The notes beneath the pieces were generated by a model. That model saw only the letters and a list, made by a program, of their open reading frames with translations. It was not told where the DNA came from and did no database searches. A stretch of DNA of 64,000 nucleotides from Macrostomum lignano (taxonomy: Eukaryota), in assembly GCA_002269645.1 (NCBI GenBank), contig NIVC01001698.1, positions 1 through 64,000 on the forward strand, given 5' to 3'. Position numbers and translations under genes: made by a program. Positions 1-16,870 of the stretch are shown here, piece after piece; the stretch's first letter is position 1; every line of letters starts with the position of its first letter.

Positions 1-355
1 GAGGCGAACCTCGCCCGTTTGCCCTCCTTGCTGATGTCTTCGAAGATGTCCACTACATTGCTGGGTTCTTCCTCGAGGATCTTTTTCAGGCAGACGATGA
101 GATGGTCGTACCTTGAATTCGGGCAGTCGAGTTGTTGGTTAATTAGAGTCGGAGCATTAAATTGTCTTTAGAAATTTCGAAACCCGGTAAAAAAACTTAC
201 AAGTTCATGCCACTCTGGCTGCTAGCGGTGAGCAGGTAGGCCTTGTTATCCGTGAAGTCGGACTCTCGCGGCACCAGGTCCTGCTGTTTGTCGCCAGCCC
301 CTGTTGCGGGCGTCTGTGGCTTCGACGAGCCTTTCTGACTCTGCGCCTCGGACAT
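1..355 (-). CDS. RSPH4A: Radial spoke head protein 4/6 homologue, 5' part (exon 1 355-201, exon 2 111-<1; continues left of window)
   Basis: Spliced translation MSEAQSQK...DFTDNKAYLLTASSQSGMNL|YDHLIVCLKKILEEEPSNVVDIFEDISKEGKRARFA matches the RSPH4A/6A N-terminal motif as I recall it (NAKAYLL..SS.SG.NLYDHL...L.KIL.ERPEN.VDIFE.IS). 89-nt GT-AG intron 200-112, phase 2 consistent. The paralogue (4A vs 6A) is not resolvable. Confidence 0.88.
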
Positions 356-2965
356 TGCATGAAAGTTGGTAGGATTCTTTGTCTCTCAAATAAATATAAT
401 ATTGTAGACAACTTATCGAGACTTGTTACACATTTTGTTACCCGTTTAGAAATGAACTTACTAAACACTTTCTAAAGTTACTAAACATTTTCTGTGAGAT
501 TATTCCTGCCTCTGCCAGAAAAACTACCACTAAAGGAGAGAGTTGTGCATTTCAGAAAATAAGAATCTGAACCTAAAGGGGAAAATCAGGCGGAAACCTT
601 AGAAAAGTTAGGAATCAGCATCACCAGTTATCAATAGTGGCAGCAATAATTTTAGAAATCAAAATAATGGTATTCAGAAATAAGAGACATGTGACAAAAA
701 TAGTTTGTAAGTTTATTATTCTTTTTTCCTAGTCAGTTTGTTACGACTACTTAGTTTTCCTTAGTGAAACTGATTATACTGAATAATAATTAAATATTTT
801 AACTAAATAGTATAAATAATACCAGATAATCAAGGTACAAAGGCTCATATTCCAGTTGATAATAAAATAACAATTGAGCTTTACTCAAAATAATGTTTCA
901 AATTATTCCTAAAGTTCAAGCACAATAAAATTCAGGATTTAAAAGCTTCGATATTAGTATTGCTTCGTATCAAAGCTTCGTATATAGTATTATCCTTTCA
1001 ATTTAACGGTCTTTCAAAGTTAAAGCTTTAGCTAAATATAGCTGTATGCAACTGTACGAATGTCCATTATCTGATGGTGAAACTAAAATATGCTGATGGA
1101 AATGATGGACGCCATATTTACATAAGAATCATACAAGTCCAAAAAGCTCTATGAAAAATTTCTGAAACTCCTGCAAGTTGTATTAGAAAAACAACTAATA
1201 CAGCGAACAACTTTGAAAAGTCTAAAATCGACCAGATAAGAAAAATTATATATTTCATATTTTTGCGTATCTATGGATACAGTACATTCTCAGGAGCAGA
1301 AAACCACGGCTACATAAATAACATAACTAATAACTCATTTTCATTTTATGTCACATTTGTTGTTTTCACTTAGTTACTTAGATGTTTACTAAGCATACAA
1401 AACGTTTGTTAATTTTACTCAAGATTTTTTAATTTTTTTATTTTTTTTTTCTGCAAAAAAGCTCCTGCCTGCATGCATGCATGTGCATGCGCACGCATAT
1501 TAAAGCTCTAAGCTCAGCTCCACTTATCAATATCAATATCAGTAAGATATTATTATTTAAGTGTGATACCTTGATTTAATTTTTGATATACAATCCTCTG
1601 CAAACAAATTTTTTACTTGGGGATAGTATTACGAAATTGATAAAAAGCCCAAGTTTTGTTATCCGATCCCTTTGCATACATTTCCTCCATTTAAATGATC
1701 ATATAACAAAAGTGAATATAGATACATCCCTCTCTTGCCAAGAATCTTGTCGTGTCTTTGTTTGATTGCCTTGTTTTGGTTGAACTCCACTTCAAATAGA
1801 CATCAATTGAAACTGCCTTAATGTAGTGCCTTTGACTCATGGATACTGTTTTATCTGGTTTCTATTCTTTGACTGCATCTTTTACATGGGGATTGTATAA
1901 CAAAAGTGCCTAGGAATAGAGATTGTAAAATGAAAGAATGCCCAAATATTATCACTTAGCAGCAGTTTGTCAGTCTATTTATTTAAGTAGCATGAACATC
2001 GTGCTTTGGATCATATATGCACAACCTCTGAAATTAATCTAGCAATATAAATGCAGTTTCTTGCAATAATTTTTTTTCTAAAATCATTTGATATTTTAAA
2101 CATATTGCAGAAAAGTATTGTAGATTGTTAAGTATCACAAAGGTAACAAATCTATTATACATTTTTAGCTATCAAAGATCATTTTTGTTATTGGTGCAAG
2201 TGGATGCCCAGCCATTATATTGCAGCTGAAATGAGTGCAAATTTAAATGAAAAATAATTTTATATAGAAAACTATGGCATCCACTAAAATATAAGAGTGG
2301 ATATAGAATGTTTGCTAAAATGTGGAAAATGGAATATTTTCCTATATTATCGAAGTAGATGCAGATGTTAATTTAAATTGTGCAGGTGGCTGTCAGACAA
2401 GCTCACAAGCAATGATTTATGATCCCACAATGGCACAAGTAGCAAAAACCATACCTATATTATTATGACTACAAGTATAGCAAAATCATCTACAAAAATG
2501 CTAGGGGTGACTTGAAAGAGATGACAGAGCTAGCCAGTGATAATGCAAAGGGTCTAGTTCTAGTTCTATGCAAGTTTTAGTTTAATCATGGCCATGTCAG
2601 TAAGCAACGATTAAAAATCAATTGTCTTTGAGTAAAAATCAATGTTGTTATTAAATATATAGGCATTGTTATTAAATGTGTTGTTTTTAGACTAAACACT
2701 TGTACCTAATGAGAACTTGAGTGCATATGTCTTGTCAATAGAAACAATCAGATGATTTCAACACTTGCCCATGAAAATTCATGTGTAAGTCTGATAAGGC
2801 AAAGGTGAAAAAATTTTTTTGAGAATGCCTGCTAAAACTGCACTGTTTGTATTGAATAATATTGAGGAATACGCATTTTGCCAAGCAGTCCTGTACCGAT
2901 TTGTTATTACTAAACCTTAACCTAAATTGTATTTCACTCATGTCCATCCAAGACTTCGCGTTTCC

Positions 2966-4542
<1,577 letters not shown>

Positions 4543-5753
4543 CAGTTGCGAGCGCAGCTCTCTGTTTGCGAGAAAAATTTTCCCTAAAGCAGCTGTCCGC
4601 CCCGGATCGATTGAGATTCAAATTCGATGGGTTCCCATTGCGTGTTAGCTCGTTATATGTGTTTGATTTAAGATGTTTTTGATGATTGTGATTGAAATTG
4701 AAATGCAGTTTTTGCGCTGATCTGTTGTTCATTCGCTTATCCAATCCAACGTCCCGTTGAAAACGTTACCGTTACGGAAATCGCTGGAGTCATTGCCAAC
4801 ACGCGAAAGATTTGTTCAATAGTCGGTTTGTTAGCGCTTAGCTTACTACTATCTTGAGTACACTAATAAGAGTTTTTATAAATGCGAAATGCAATTCTGA
4901 CTCAAGCAAGCAACGCCTGAGATACGATTCTACGGCCCCGGAGTCATTCTAGAAGCGCCCCAGACTCACGCCTCAAATAGGCTCTTAGGCGACTCTTTTA
5001 CGACTTTTTTGGCGTCCTTCACCGTGACTTCTCGTCCTTTTAGAGTCCTCTAGAGTCGCTTCTGTCCTATTTTACCTGTGTTGTTACCTGGGCGACGCAA
5101 GTGACTCTGGACGCTTCCTGGCCTTGGGTACCGTTTTTCATCGGAACGCTTGTCCGTTTATTTGTTGTGCCCGTCTTCCGCTATAAAGTGTTTCTGCTTG
5201 CTGCTTTCCTGTATTGGTGTGTGGGAGTTCCCGCTGATTTGCAATGTTATATTCACCTCCCTTGCTATTATGGTCAATCTGGTCAGTGTTAATCCGTTTG
5301 CTATTTATCAGCTAATAATACATCATATTACACGCGCCGTCGCATTATATATTATTTTACCTAGCTGAGTATAACTCTGTCCCGCCCTGTCCGACATTCC
5401 CCATGCATTGGAATCCACAGTCAGTGCTTAGCGACCTGCTTGACTGGTTCACTTTCTTTCAATTAGTTTCTGTTGCGCTTGCTCGCTGAAAAGATAAAAA
5501 AATAGTAAAACAGTGACGAATTTCTTTTGCTTCGGGATGATTTGGTTTTTTTGTTTCCTTACTTTTTTATAATGCATAAATGCCATAAATATCAAAGCGG
5601 TGCAGGGGTTTTGTGGTGTACAATATGTGTCCGAACACTGATTGCACACTGATTGTTGAAGTAGAGCTTCGAGCGTGTGCGTGTCACAGGTGACGACACA
5701 GGTAGAATCTCGCAAAAAGAATTTTAAAATTATCATCAATTTCCCATCTGCAG

Positions 5754-8643
5754 TCGCGCATCGAGTTCCCGCCAGTGGAAGAAATCCAACGGCAATGCCA
5801 CGAGCTGGAGGCTCTGCTGGACGGCGAAGACGACGGCGACGAGTCCGGATCTGCGAAGCGGCGCGACCGGCCCTGCCCGCTGTGCGGCCGGCAGTTCCGC
5901 CTCTTGGCCAACCTGCGCCGGCACCTCCGCCTGCGGCACGCGCTGCTGCACCGGCAGGAGTCTCCCGAGCAGCCGCCCAGGAAGCGGAGCCGCCCGACCG
6001 GCCCAGCAAAGAAGCCGGGATGGGCCGGCGCCAGCGGCGAGTGGCGCAGCGCCGAGGTGGCCAGCCACGCCGAGCTGACAGCCTGGCGCCTCAGCCACGA
6101 GGCCAGCGTCGGCTGCCGGTACTATGTCAGCAGCCTGCGGCGGAGGGCGGCGGCGGCGAGCCCGGGGCGGTTCGCTACTGCGTGCACAGCTGCAGCGCTG
6201 GCTGGCGGACCCGCCTGGCCTGCCCGGCCCGCATCATCGCCTCCAGGCGGCCGGGCGGCCTGGCCGGCTACCGGATTCGCTACTCCCTGCTGCACCGCCA
6301 CCACCCAGAGCACCGGCCGCCCGCCCGCACCCGCTTCAGCGCTGGCGAAGCCAGTCACGTGCCAGACGTGCGCGCCGCGCGCTGCGCTCGGCGCTGCTGT
6401 CTACTGAGGAGCCCGACCGGCTGTGCGACCCCCGGCTGGCCCGGCGCCTGACGCGCGAGGCCCTACGCGGCCAGGGCCCTGGGCGGCCAGCAGCCGTGGC
6501 AGGCGGTCGAGGATCGGCTGCTGGCCGAACTGGCGGCCGGGCCGGCCAGCCCGCTGCTGCTGTGCCAGTTCCGGCGCTCCTGGTGCTTCAGAAACCGCGT
6601 CCGGCTTGGCGCCGGCTTTCGCCCGTCTGACGGCGCGCTCGGCTGCGCGCTGACGCTGCAGGCGCCGTCAGAGCGGCAGCTGCTGGCGCAGCGTCTTTCC
6701 AGCGCCGAAGCTCTGGTCATCGACTGCGTCTACGAGAGCTCCGACCCCGAGGAGATCAGCGTGCTCTGCCTGCTGCTGCTGGATGCTGAGGGTGAGGCAG
6801 TCGGCAACTGTATGCAGTTTTGAATGAGAAAAATAGCCCTATCGACTTTATTGATTGCTGCTTGGCATTTCAGGGCGGCCACAGACAGGCGGCTGGCTGC
6901 TGACTGACCGAGTCACCGAGACTCGCGTTGAGGACTGGCTGCGCTGCTGCGTCACCGCGGCGGCCGATTCGCCTCGCTCCGACTCCGGCTGCGCCTTCAC
7001 CGGCTGGCTGCTGCTGCCGCCCGGACTGCTGGGCGCCACTGCCGGGGCCCGCGTGTTCCCCAGGGCTGCCGGCTGTTTTGCCGAGCGGCTGCAGCTGCTG
7101 AGGAGCTGGCGGCGCTGCCTGCAGGTGAGCGTCTGCCATCTGATTGTCTCTTCAGTCCACTCCCCTGTTTTTAGACCTCTCCATTGTGTCAGTCGTCCCA
7201 ATTGTGTCCTCAGTCCACCGCATTGTGTCCTCAGTCCACCGCATTGCGTCTTCAGTCCACCTCATTGCGTCCTCAGTCCACCGCATTGCGTCCTCAGTTC
7301 TCCCTATTTTCCTCAGTTCTCCCTATTGTGTCCTCAGTTCTCCCTATTTTCCTCAGTTCTCCCTATTTTCCTCAGTTCTCCCTATTTTCCTCAGTTCTCC
7401 CTATTTTCCTCAGTTCTCCCTATTTTCCTCAGTTCTCCCTATTTTCCTCAGTTCTCCCTATTTTCCTCAGTTCTCCCTATTTTCCTCAGTTCTCCCTATT
7501 TTCCTCAGTCCACTCCACTGTCACTCAACCGCAGGCCCGCCCGGACCAGTGGGACGTGGCCGCCCTGCTGCTGCTGGAGCTCCACGCCGCGGCAGTGCAG
7601 CCGCAGCTCGGCCGGGCCTCCGCCGCCCTGTCAGAATTCGCCAGAAAATTCCGCCGCGTCTCGCCGGAGCTGGCGGCTCGCGCCGACCGCCTTGCCCGCT
7701 GGCCGCAGCTGTGGGCGGACGCGGCCAAGCCGGCCCGCCTTCGCTGGGTGGAGATGCGGCTGCACTCGAACCCGGGACTGCTCGGTCTGCTACCCCTGCA
7801 CTTCGCCGGACGGACGCGCCGGCCCGACCGCCTGCTGGCGCTGGTGCTGGAGGCGGCTGACTGGCGCCGCAGCTGCTGCGAGCTGGACGACGACCTCGAT
7901 AGCCACCGGGAGTCCCTGGCCGGCGACACCGCCACCGCCCCGGTGACGGCGGCTTTTCGGACAGACGCGCCGGCCATTCACAGCGGGCCCGCCTGGCCGG
8001 ATTTGGCCGATCAGTTCTGTCCGAGGGAGATCCAGGTGAGCGGGTGTCCATGAATATGCGGGTGTCCATGAATATGCATTCTGAATTCAGCTCGCAATGC
8101 TGTACATGCACTGCTGTCGCACTCTTGCAGGCGCAGCTGGCCGGGCAGCCCTGCCTCGTGGCCGGCAGCCAGCTGGTCCGCCGGGTTCGCTCCGTCTGTC
8201 CGGAGCGGCTCTGCTTCCGACTCTGCCCGTCCGCCGCCTGTGCCGGCCTGTGCCCGCACCTGTACCGCTGCGACTGCCGGCCGGCGGGCCAGACCGGCTT
8301 CTGCCGCCACGTGCACCGGGCGCACGCCGATCTGACAGCCCGCCTGCTGCACACGCCGGCTGCCGAGGCGGTGCGCAGAGCCACTGTGGCCGAACAGCCA
8401 CTGCTGCTGCCGGCCAGGCCGTCCGACCAGCTGCTGGTTGAAGCGGAGCTCGGCCTGTCAGCGGAGCCGCATCAGCAGCCGCATCAGCTCGCCGCGGCTG
8501 CCAGTTCCGCGACAGTCCCGACGCATTCGGCAGAGCTGCAAGTCTGGCTGCCGGACGCACCGCTGCCGCCGCAACCGCTGATATCCTCGGACCTCAGCCC
8601 ACGGGCTCAGCAGCTGATTAGCCTGCTGCTGGACGATGATTGA
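5754..8643 (+). CDS. C2H2 zinc finger + MULE-transposase-derived + SWIM domain protein; exons ~5754-6791, 6874-7124, 7535-8035, 8131-8643; exon 1 has three frame switches (possible pseudogene or assembly error)
   Basis: C2H2 CPLCGRQFRLLANLRRHLRLRH; YCVHSC...ACPARII...HRHHPEH; MULE-like LVIDCVY and LLLLDAEG|RPQTGGWLLT; SWIM-like LCPHLYRCDC...FCRHVH. Three GT-AG introns have consistent phase, with stop at 8641-8643 and AATAAA at 8771. Frame changes are needed near 6128, 6370 and 6478. Confidence 0.7.
7190..7510 (+). repeat. Compound minisatellite: 21-bp unit (cattgtgtcctcagtccaccg) grading into 19-bp unit (ttctccctattttcctcag)
   Basis: Visible tandem array inside intron 2 of the SWIM gene. Confidence 0.95.
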
Positions 8644-9814
8644 CAGGCATTTATTTGCGGCTGCTGTCCGAATACCTTAATTACACTTGTGCATTTGCTG
8701 CTGCTGTTTATTGTTTATATTCGATCTTGTTCGGCATTCTGAATGCAACTTGAACTTCTCAAATAATTCAAATAAAGTAAAAAAATCGAAGACCGGGCAG
8801 AATCCAATTGGCTTTACCGATCAGATAGAGAGGAGACCTGAAATTCTGGGGCTGCCTATCAGCAATGGCGGCGTGTCAAAACATGATTTATTATTTAACA
8901 ATGCCTGATGAGATCGATCAATGGTTAGCGGCACAACAGCGGGGACAGCAACTGGAGTCGCTGGGCGGGCAAGTATAAAACACACACACACACTTAACGC
9001 ATCTCTCAAAAAGGAGAATTTTCAGTCATATTGTTGGAATAAACAAACAAACATACAAAACCGGCAGCGCCTAAACAATTGTAAAACGAACCGAAGCTAA
9101 GAAAGTAAAAAACGGGAATCACGCAATGCGGATTAATAATGAGGCTTTGTACAGGGACTATGACAGAATTGAGCCTGGGAATTCTTTCCTAATAGAAAAG
9201 ATTATAAATATGCTACGAAAATTGAACTATTGAATCGGTGCCAAGTTGTGAAAGCAATTTTAACAAAAAGTATTACAACGCCCACAGTGGAATTGAGTTG
9301 CAGAAACTGAAGCAGCGGCAACAACAGAGACAAAGGTATAACAGAAGCCAGGCAGGAAAGCGAGATTAGGCGGGGCGGACAGGAGGATTAAGCCATGACT
9401 TGCTGGGGCTGCCGTACTACTGAGGAAAAACAACTGGTCAAATTTTAGCACCAGGACGTTGCCTGCCGATAATTAATTTAAAAAAAGCTATTTTATTGTT
9501 AGTTTTTACCTGAACGCGCAGTATAGCAGAAAAACTACATGTACAGCAGCGAGTGTACACAGCGGTTATTTCCATACAGTAACCAAACATACTACTAGTC
9601 TGTTAGTAGCGCAAGTTCTAGGATAAGATAAAACTGTTGTCTTGGTTTAGTGATATGCAACGACGTAAATATTTCTGTCATTTTAGCTAAGCTTGCAGAC
9701 CTGGGGACTGACTGACAGCTGAACCCTGACCGGCGCACCAATTTCATGATACGAAGAAATAAAAATCAAAAGTTAATCCGGCTCCAGTCCCAATTGCCAT
9801 GGCAACCGGGTCAG

Positions 9815-13818
<4,004 letters not shown>

Positions 13819-13999
13819 CTAAACAGAAAGGTGGTGAGAATGGTGAGATTAAAAGAACCCAGTGGCTCCTGCGGATCTATTAAAAGTCCAAAGTACAAAA
13901 CAGTCTAAAAGAAAAAATTTCGTAGACTAGACTAAATTTTGCTTTAGGAGTCATCTCATTGTCACAATCGGATTAGTAATAAAGAGATAAAGCCACTAA

Positions 14000-14282
14000 G
14001 GGGACTGTAGCCTAGTGGTTAGTGTCAGGGGTTCGATCCTCGACCCACTTGGAACAATTTGTGTCCTTGAGCAAGACACTTGACTCTGCATTGCTTCAGT
14101 TCACCCAGCTGTAAAATGGGTGCCAGCACTAGCTGGGGTAATTGAGGGTGTGACGACCCCCCAGTCTTTGGACTGAACAGCCGTATGCAGCTTTCAGATT
14201 CACCACACAATACGAGTAGCTTGGCTGAGCCGTCAGTTGCACAACTGCCTATTAGGGCAGGTGTAATCAATTATTATTATTT
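14000..14282 (+). mobile_element. tRNA-derived SINE with CORE-like central domain
   Basis: A box TAGCCTAGTGG 14008-14018, B box GGTTCGATCC 14030-14039, gtgtccttgagcaagacactt...cagctgtaaaatggg resembling the CORE-SINE domain, (ATT)n tail. Confidence 0.75.
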
Positions 14283-14758
14283 TAAAAAGTTGACATTTTG
14301 GACAATTTCTAAATCCATAATCTATATTGTTTTTTAATTCAAACATTAATAATTTTATAAAATATCTGAAAATTGTTTTCAAACAATCTAGAATTAAGTT
14401 TAGTGAGCCGCTAGTTTATGGTTAGGCGTCGCCCTTGTCAGCCGTTCCCTTGCCCTCCCTTTGGGTTGCTGTCTGCCGCTGGTCAGCTTCCCGCCCCCCT
14501 TTCGTTTGCCTGTTGCCCCCCGGGGCCCCTTCCGCCCTGCTGCGTCTCCGTTCTCAGCCCTCAGTCTCTCGACTGTGGGCTGTCTCTGTTTCGCTTCCGT
14601 CCTGTTTTCCTCTGTCATGCGAGCAAGTCACATGACAGTTCTTGCGTTCTTTGAGTCTTAAAGTGCAGTAAACATGTTTACTGCACTCGCTGCCCCTGTT
14701 TACCGGGTGAGTCACGTGCTTTCGAACCCCTCCCTTCTCTAAGGAGAGGAGTGACTTA

Positions 14759-15384
14759 TGTTGCTAAAAATAGCAACTGAGTCACAGCCGCGTGTACTCT
14801 GGCCGGGGACCTCAAGTGACGTCAGTTGTAAAAATAGAACAAGTCACGAGGTCTTCCGCGCGCTTGTACCCTGCCCAAGACTCTCGAGTGACGTCAGTTC
14901 TAAAAATAGAACGAGTCACGAGGTCTTCTGCGTGGGTGTTTCCCGGCTATAAATAGGAGCCCTCTCCCCCTTGCTTCCGTCAAGGAGTTCTTGATTCCCG
15001 AGTTTTAAGACCTGTGTGCGGTAGCGTCTGAACTGAGCGCCCGACTACGTTCATTGAATCTGTTCTTATTGATCTGACTGAGACCCTACTAAAGCACGCC
15101 CCAAGCCTACGAGAGGCTAACTCAGCCCTCCCTCTACCATCCAAGCCCGGCAGGTGCTGCTGACGAGACGCCTTATACGTTGAACTGCAAACCTGCACGT
15201 CGTGCTGTGTTCGTTGACTTCCTTATTTCGTTCCGACGGGAAGCTCACCTCACCGAAGGCCGAGACCTAAAGGAACTGGTGGCAGCACTACCTACGCTAC
15301 TGAGAGAGTTAAGAAGGCTTCCGAGTGAGAAGACGGAGAGCCCAGATCACCGTGCTAGACAGCAGGAGAAGCACAGGTACAACA
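14759..15384 (+). mobile_element. LTR of an LTR retrotransposon (internal domain missing)
   Basis: TGTTG...CAACA termini, TATAAAT 14948-14954, ~72-bp direct repeat with TGACGTCA at 14817 and 14889, followed after 1 nt by a tRNA primer binding site. Confidence 0.8.
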
Positions 15385-15385
15385 C

Positions 15386-15403
15386 TGGTGGCAGCGGTGG
15401 GAT
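15386..15403 (+). other. Primer binding site complementary to the tRNA-Leu 3' end
   Basis: TGGTGGCAGCGGTGGGAT is the reverse complement of the conserved metazoan tRNA-Leu end ...AUCCCACCGCUGCCACCA. Confidence 0.85.
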
Positions 15404-16539
15404 ACAAAGACCTACCGGGCCACCCCGAAAAACCATAAGCACTTCATAAGCTAGACTAGAACTATACTTATTAATTATTAAAACTGTAGAAACATATTTG
15501 TTTCAATTCATATTTTGTATAATTGTCTTCTTACTAAGGCCGTTTGCATCTGTTTTTTGGTATCTTGAATTTAGACCTAAGAATCTAAATGGTATAAAGA
15601 TATGTCAAGATGTCACCTAGCTGGGTCTTGGTGGCAGTGGTGGACAGCTACATGAAAAGGACATGCATCCTCAAAACTGCAGAGTAGATGGCAAGAAGTT
15701 TTTCAAGGAAGCAGCCAAGTTGAACAGCAGGCTGCTGTTTTTTCCCACCCTGAACTGCTAGCTGAGCTTCAAAATGCAAGCAAAAATTTTGTTGATGGTA
15801 CATTCTGAGTTATGCCTGGCCTATTTTTCAATTAGTGACCATCGGAATCATGAAGCAAAGTTTCTTTATTTGCTTCTTTGCTTGCACTACTTACAGGTTA
15901 GACAAAGGGCATCTATCATTTAGTGTAGGTCAAAGGTAAAATTGCTGCTTCCTGCATTCAAGCCAATGAATGTCGTGATGGACTACAAGATTGTGCTGAG
16001 ATTCTCTGCTGGAAACATTTCCGACAATTGCTCATGAATGTTGGTTGGTTTCACTACACACAAGCTGTCCTCACAAAGCTAAAAAAGCTTGGAGTATGGA
16101 ATGAAGTGTGTTACAACTTATTTGAAAACATTTGAAGCTATGTGAGATTGCTTTTGTGCTTCCACACATACATCTAGACCTACTGGCTTAAGAGGGTTGG
16201 TATAGCCATTCCTCTCCATACACAACTGCTAACACAGGACTAATAGTAAGCAGGAATCCTACCATAGTCAATTGGACCTTTGCAGAGACATTTTATCCCA
16301 ATATATAGGATTCTATCGCTTTATTCCTTAACAAAATTCCTTTTTTCAACCTGTGCAGCTAGTCTAAATAGACTAAAATGTGGTGCTGCAATCTGCCAAG
16401 ATTGAGGAAATGCAATGTGCTTAAAAGTATCCAAATTTGGCAACAGTATAACCTATTAAGCAATGGACAAACAACTTCTCTGAAGGTTCTATGCAAGTTG
16501 AGTGTATCAGCTGGTCTCCCTCTGAATAACCCTACATGA

Positions 16540-16870
16540 TGCTGCTCAATTGTCAACTGGCTGTAGTTCAGTTGCCAGATGTTGTCTAGCTAAGTCCTTG
16601 GCAGCAGTGGAAGACAGCCACAAGACATTGTCTAGCTGGATCTTGGTGGTGATAGTGACAAGCCAACATCACCTAGTCAGGTCTTGGTGGTGCCAGTGGG
16701 CAGTTGCAAGACAACATTCGCTAGCCAGGTCTGAGCAGCACCAGTGGATAGCCAAAAGCCAATGTTGCTTAGCTAGGTCTTGGTGGCAATGGTGGAGAGC
16801 CTAAAGACAATTTCACCTAGCTAGTAGACAGCCACAAGATAACAATGTTGGCCAGTGCCTTGGCAGCAGT
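16540..16870. repeat. Old degenerate ~45-bp tandem repeat (ctagctaggtcttggtggcagtggtggacagcc...), further copy at 15617-15657
   Basis: About seven diverged units are visible. Confidence 0.6.

Noticed and set aside
4790-5400. GACTC/GAGTC-rich segment as an LTR or other element
   Set aside because: I could not define termini, PBS, TIR or TSD.
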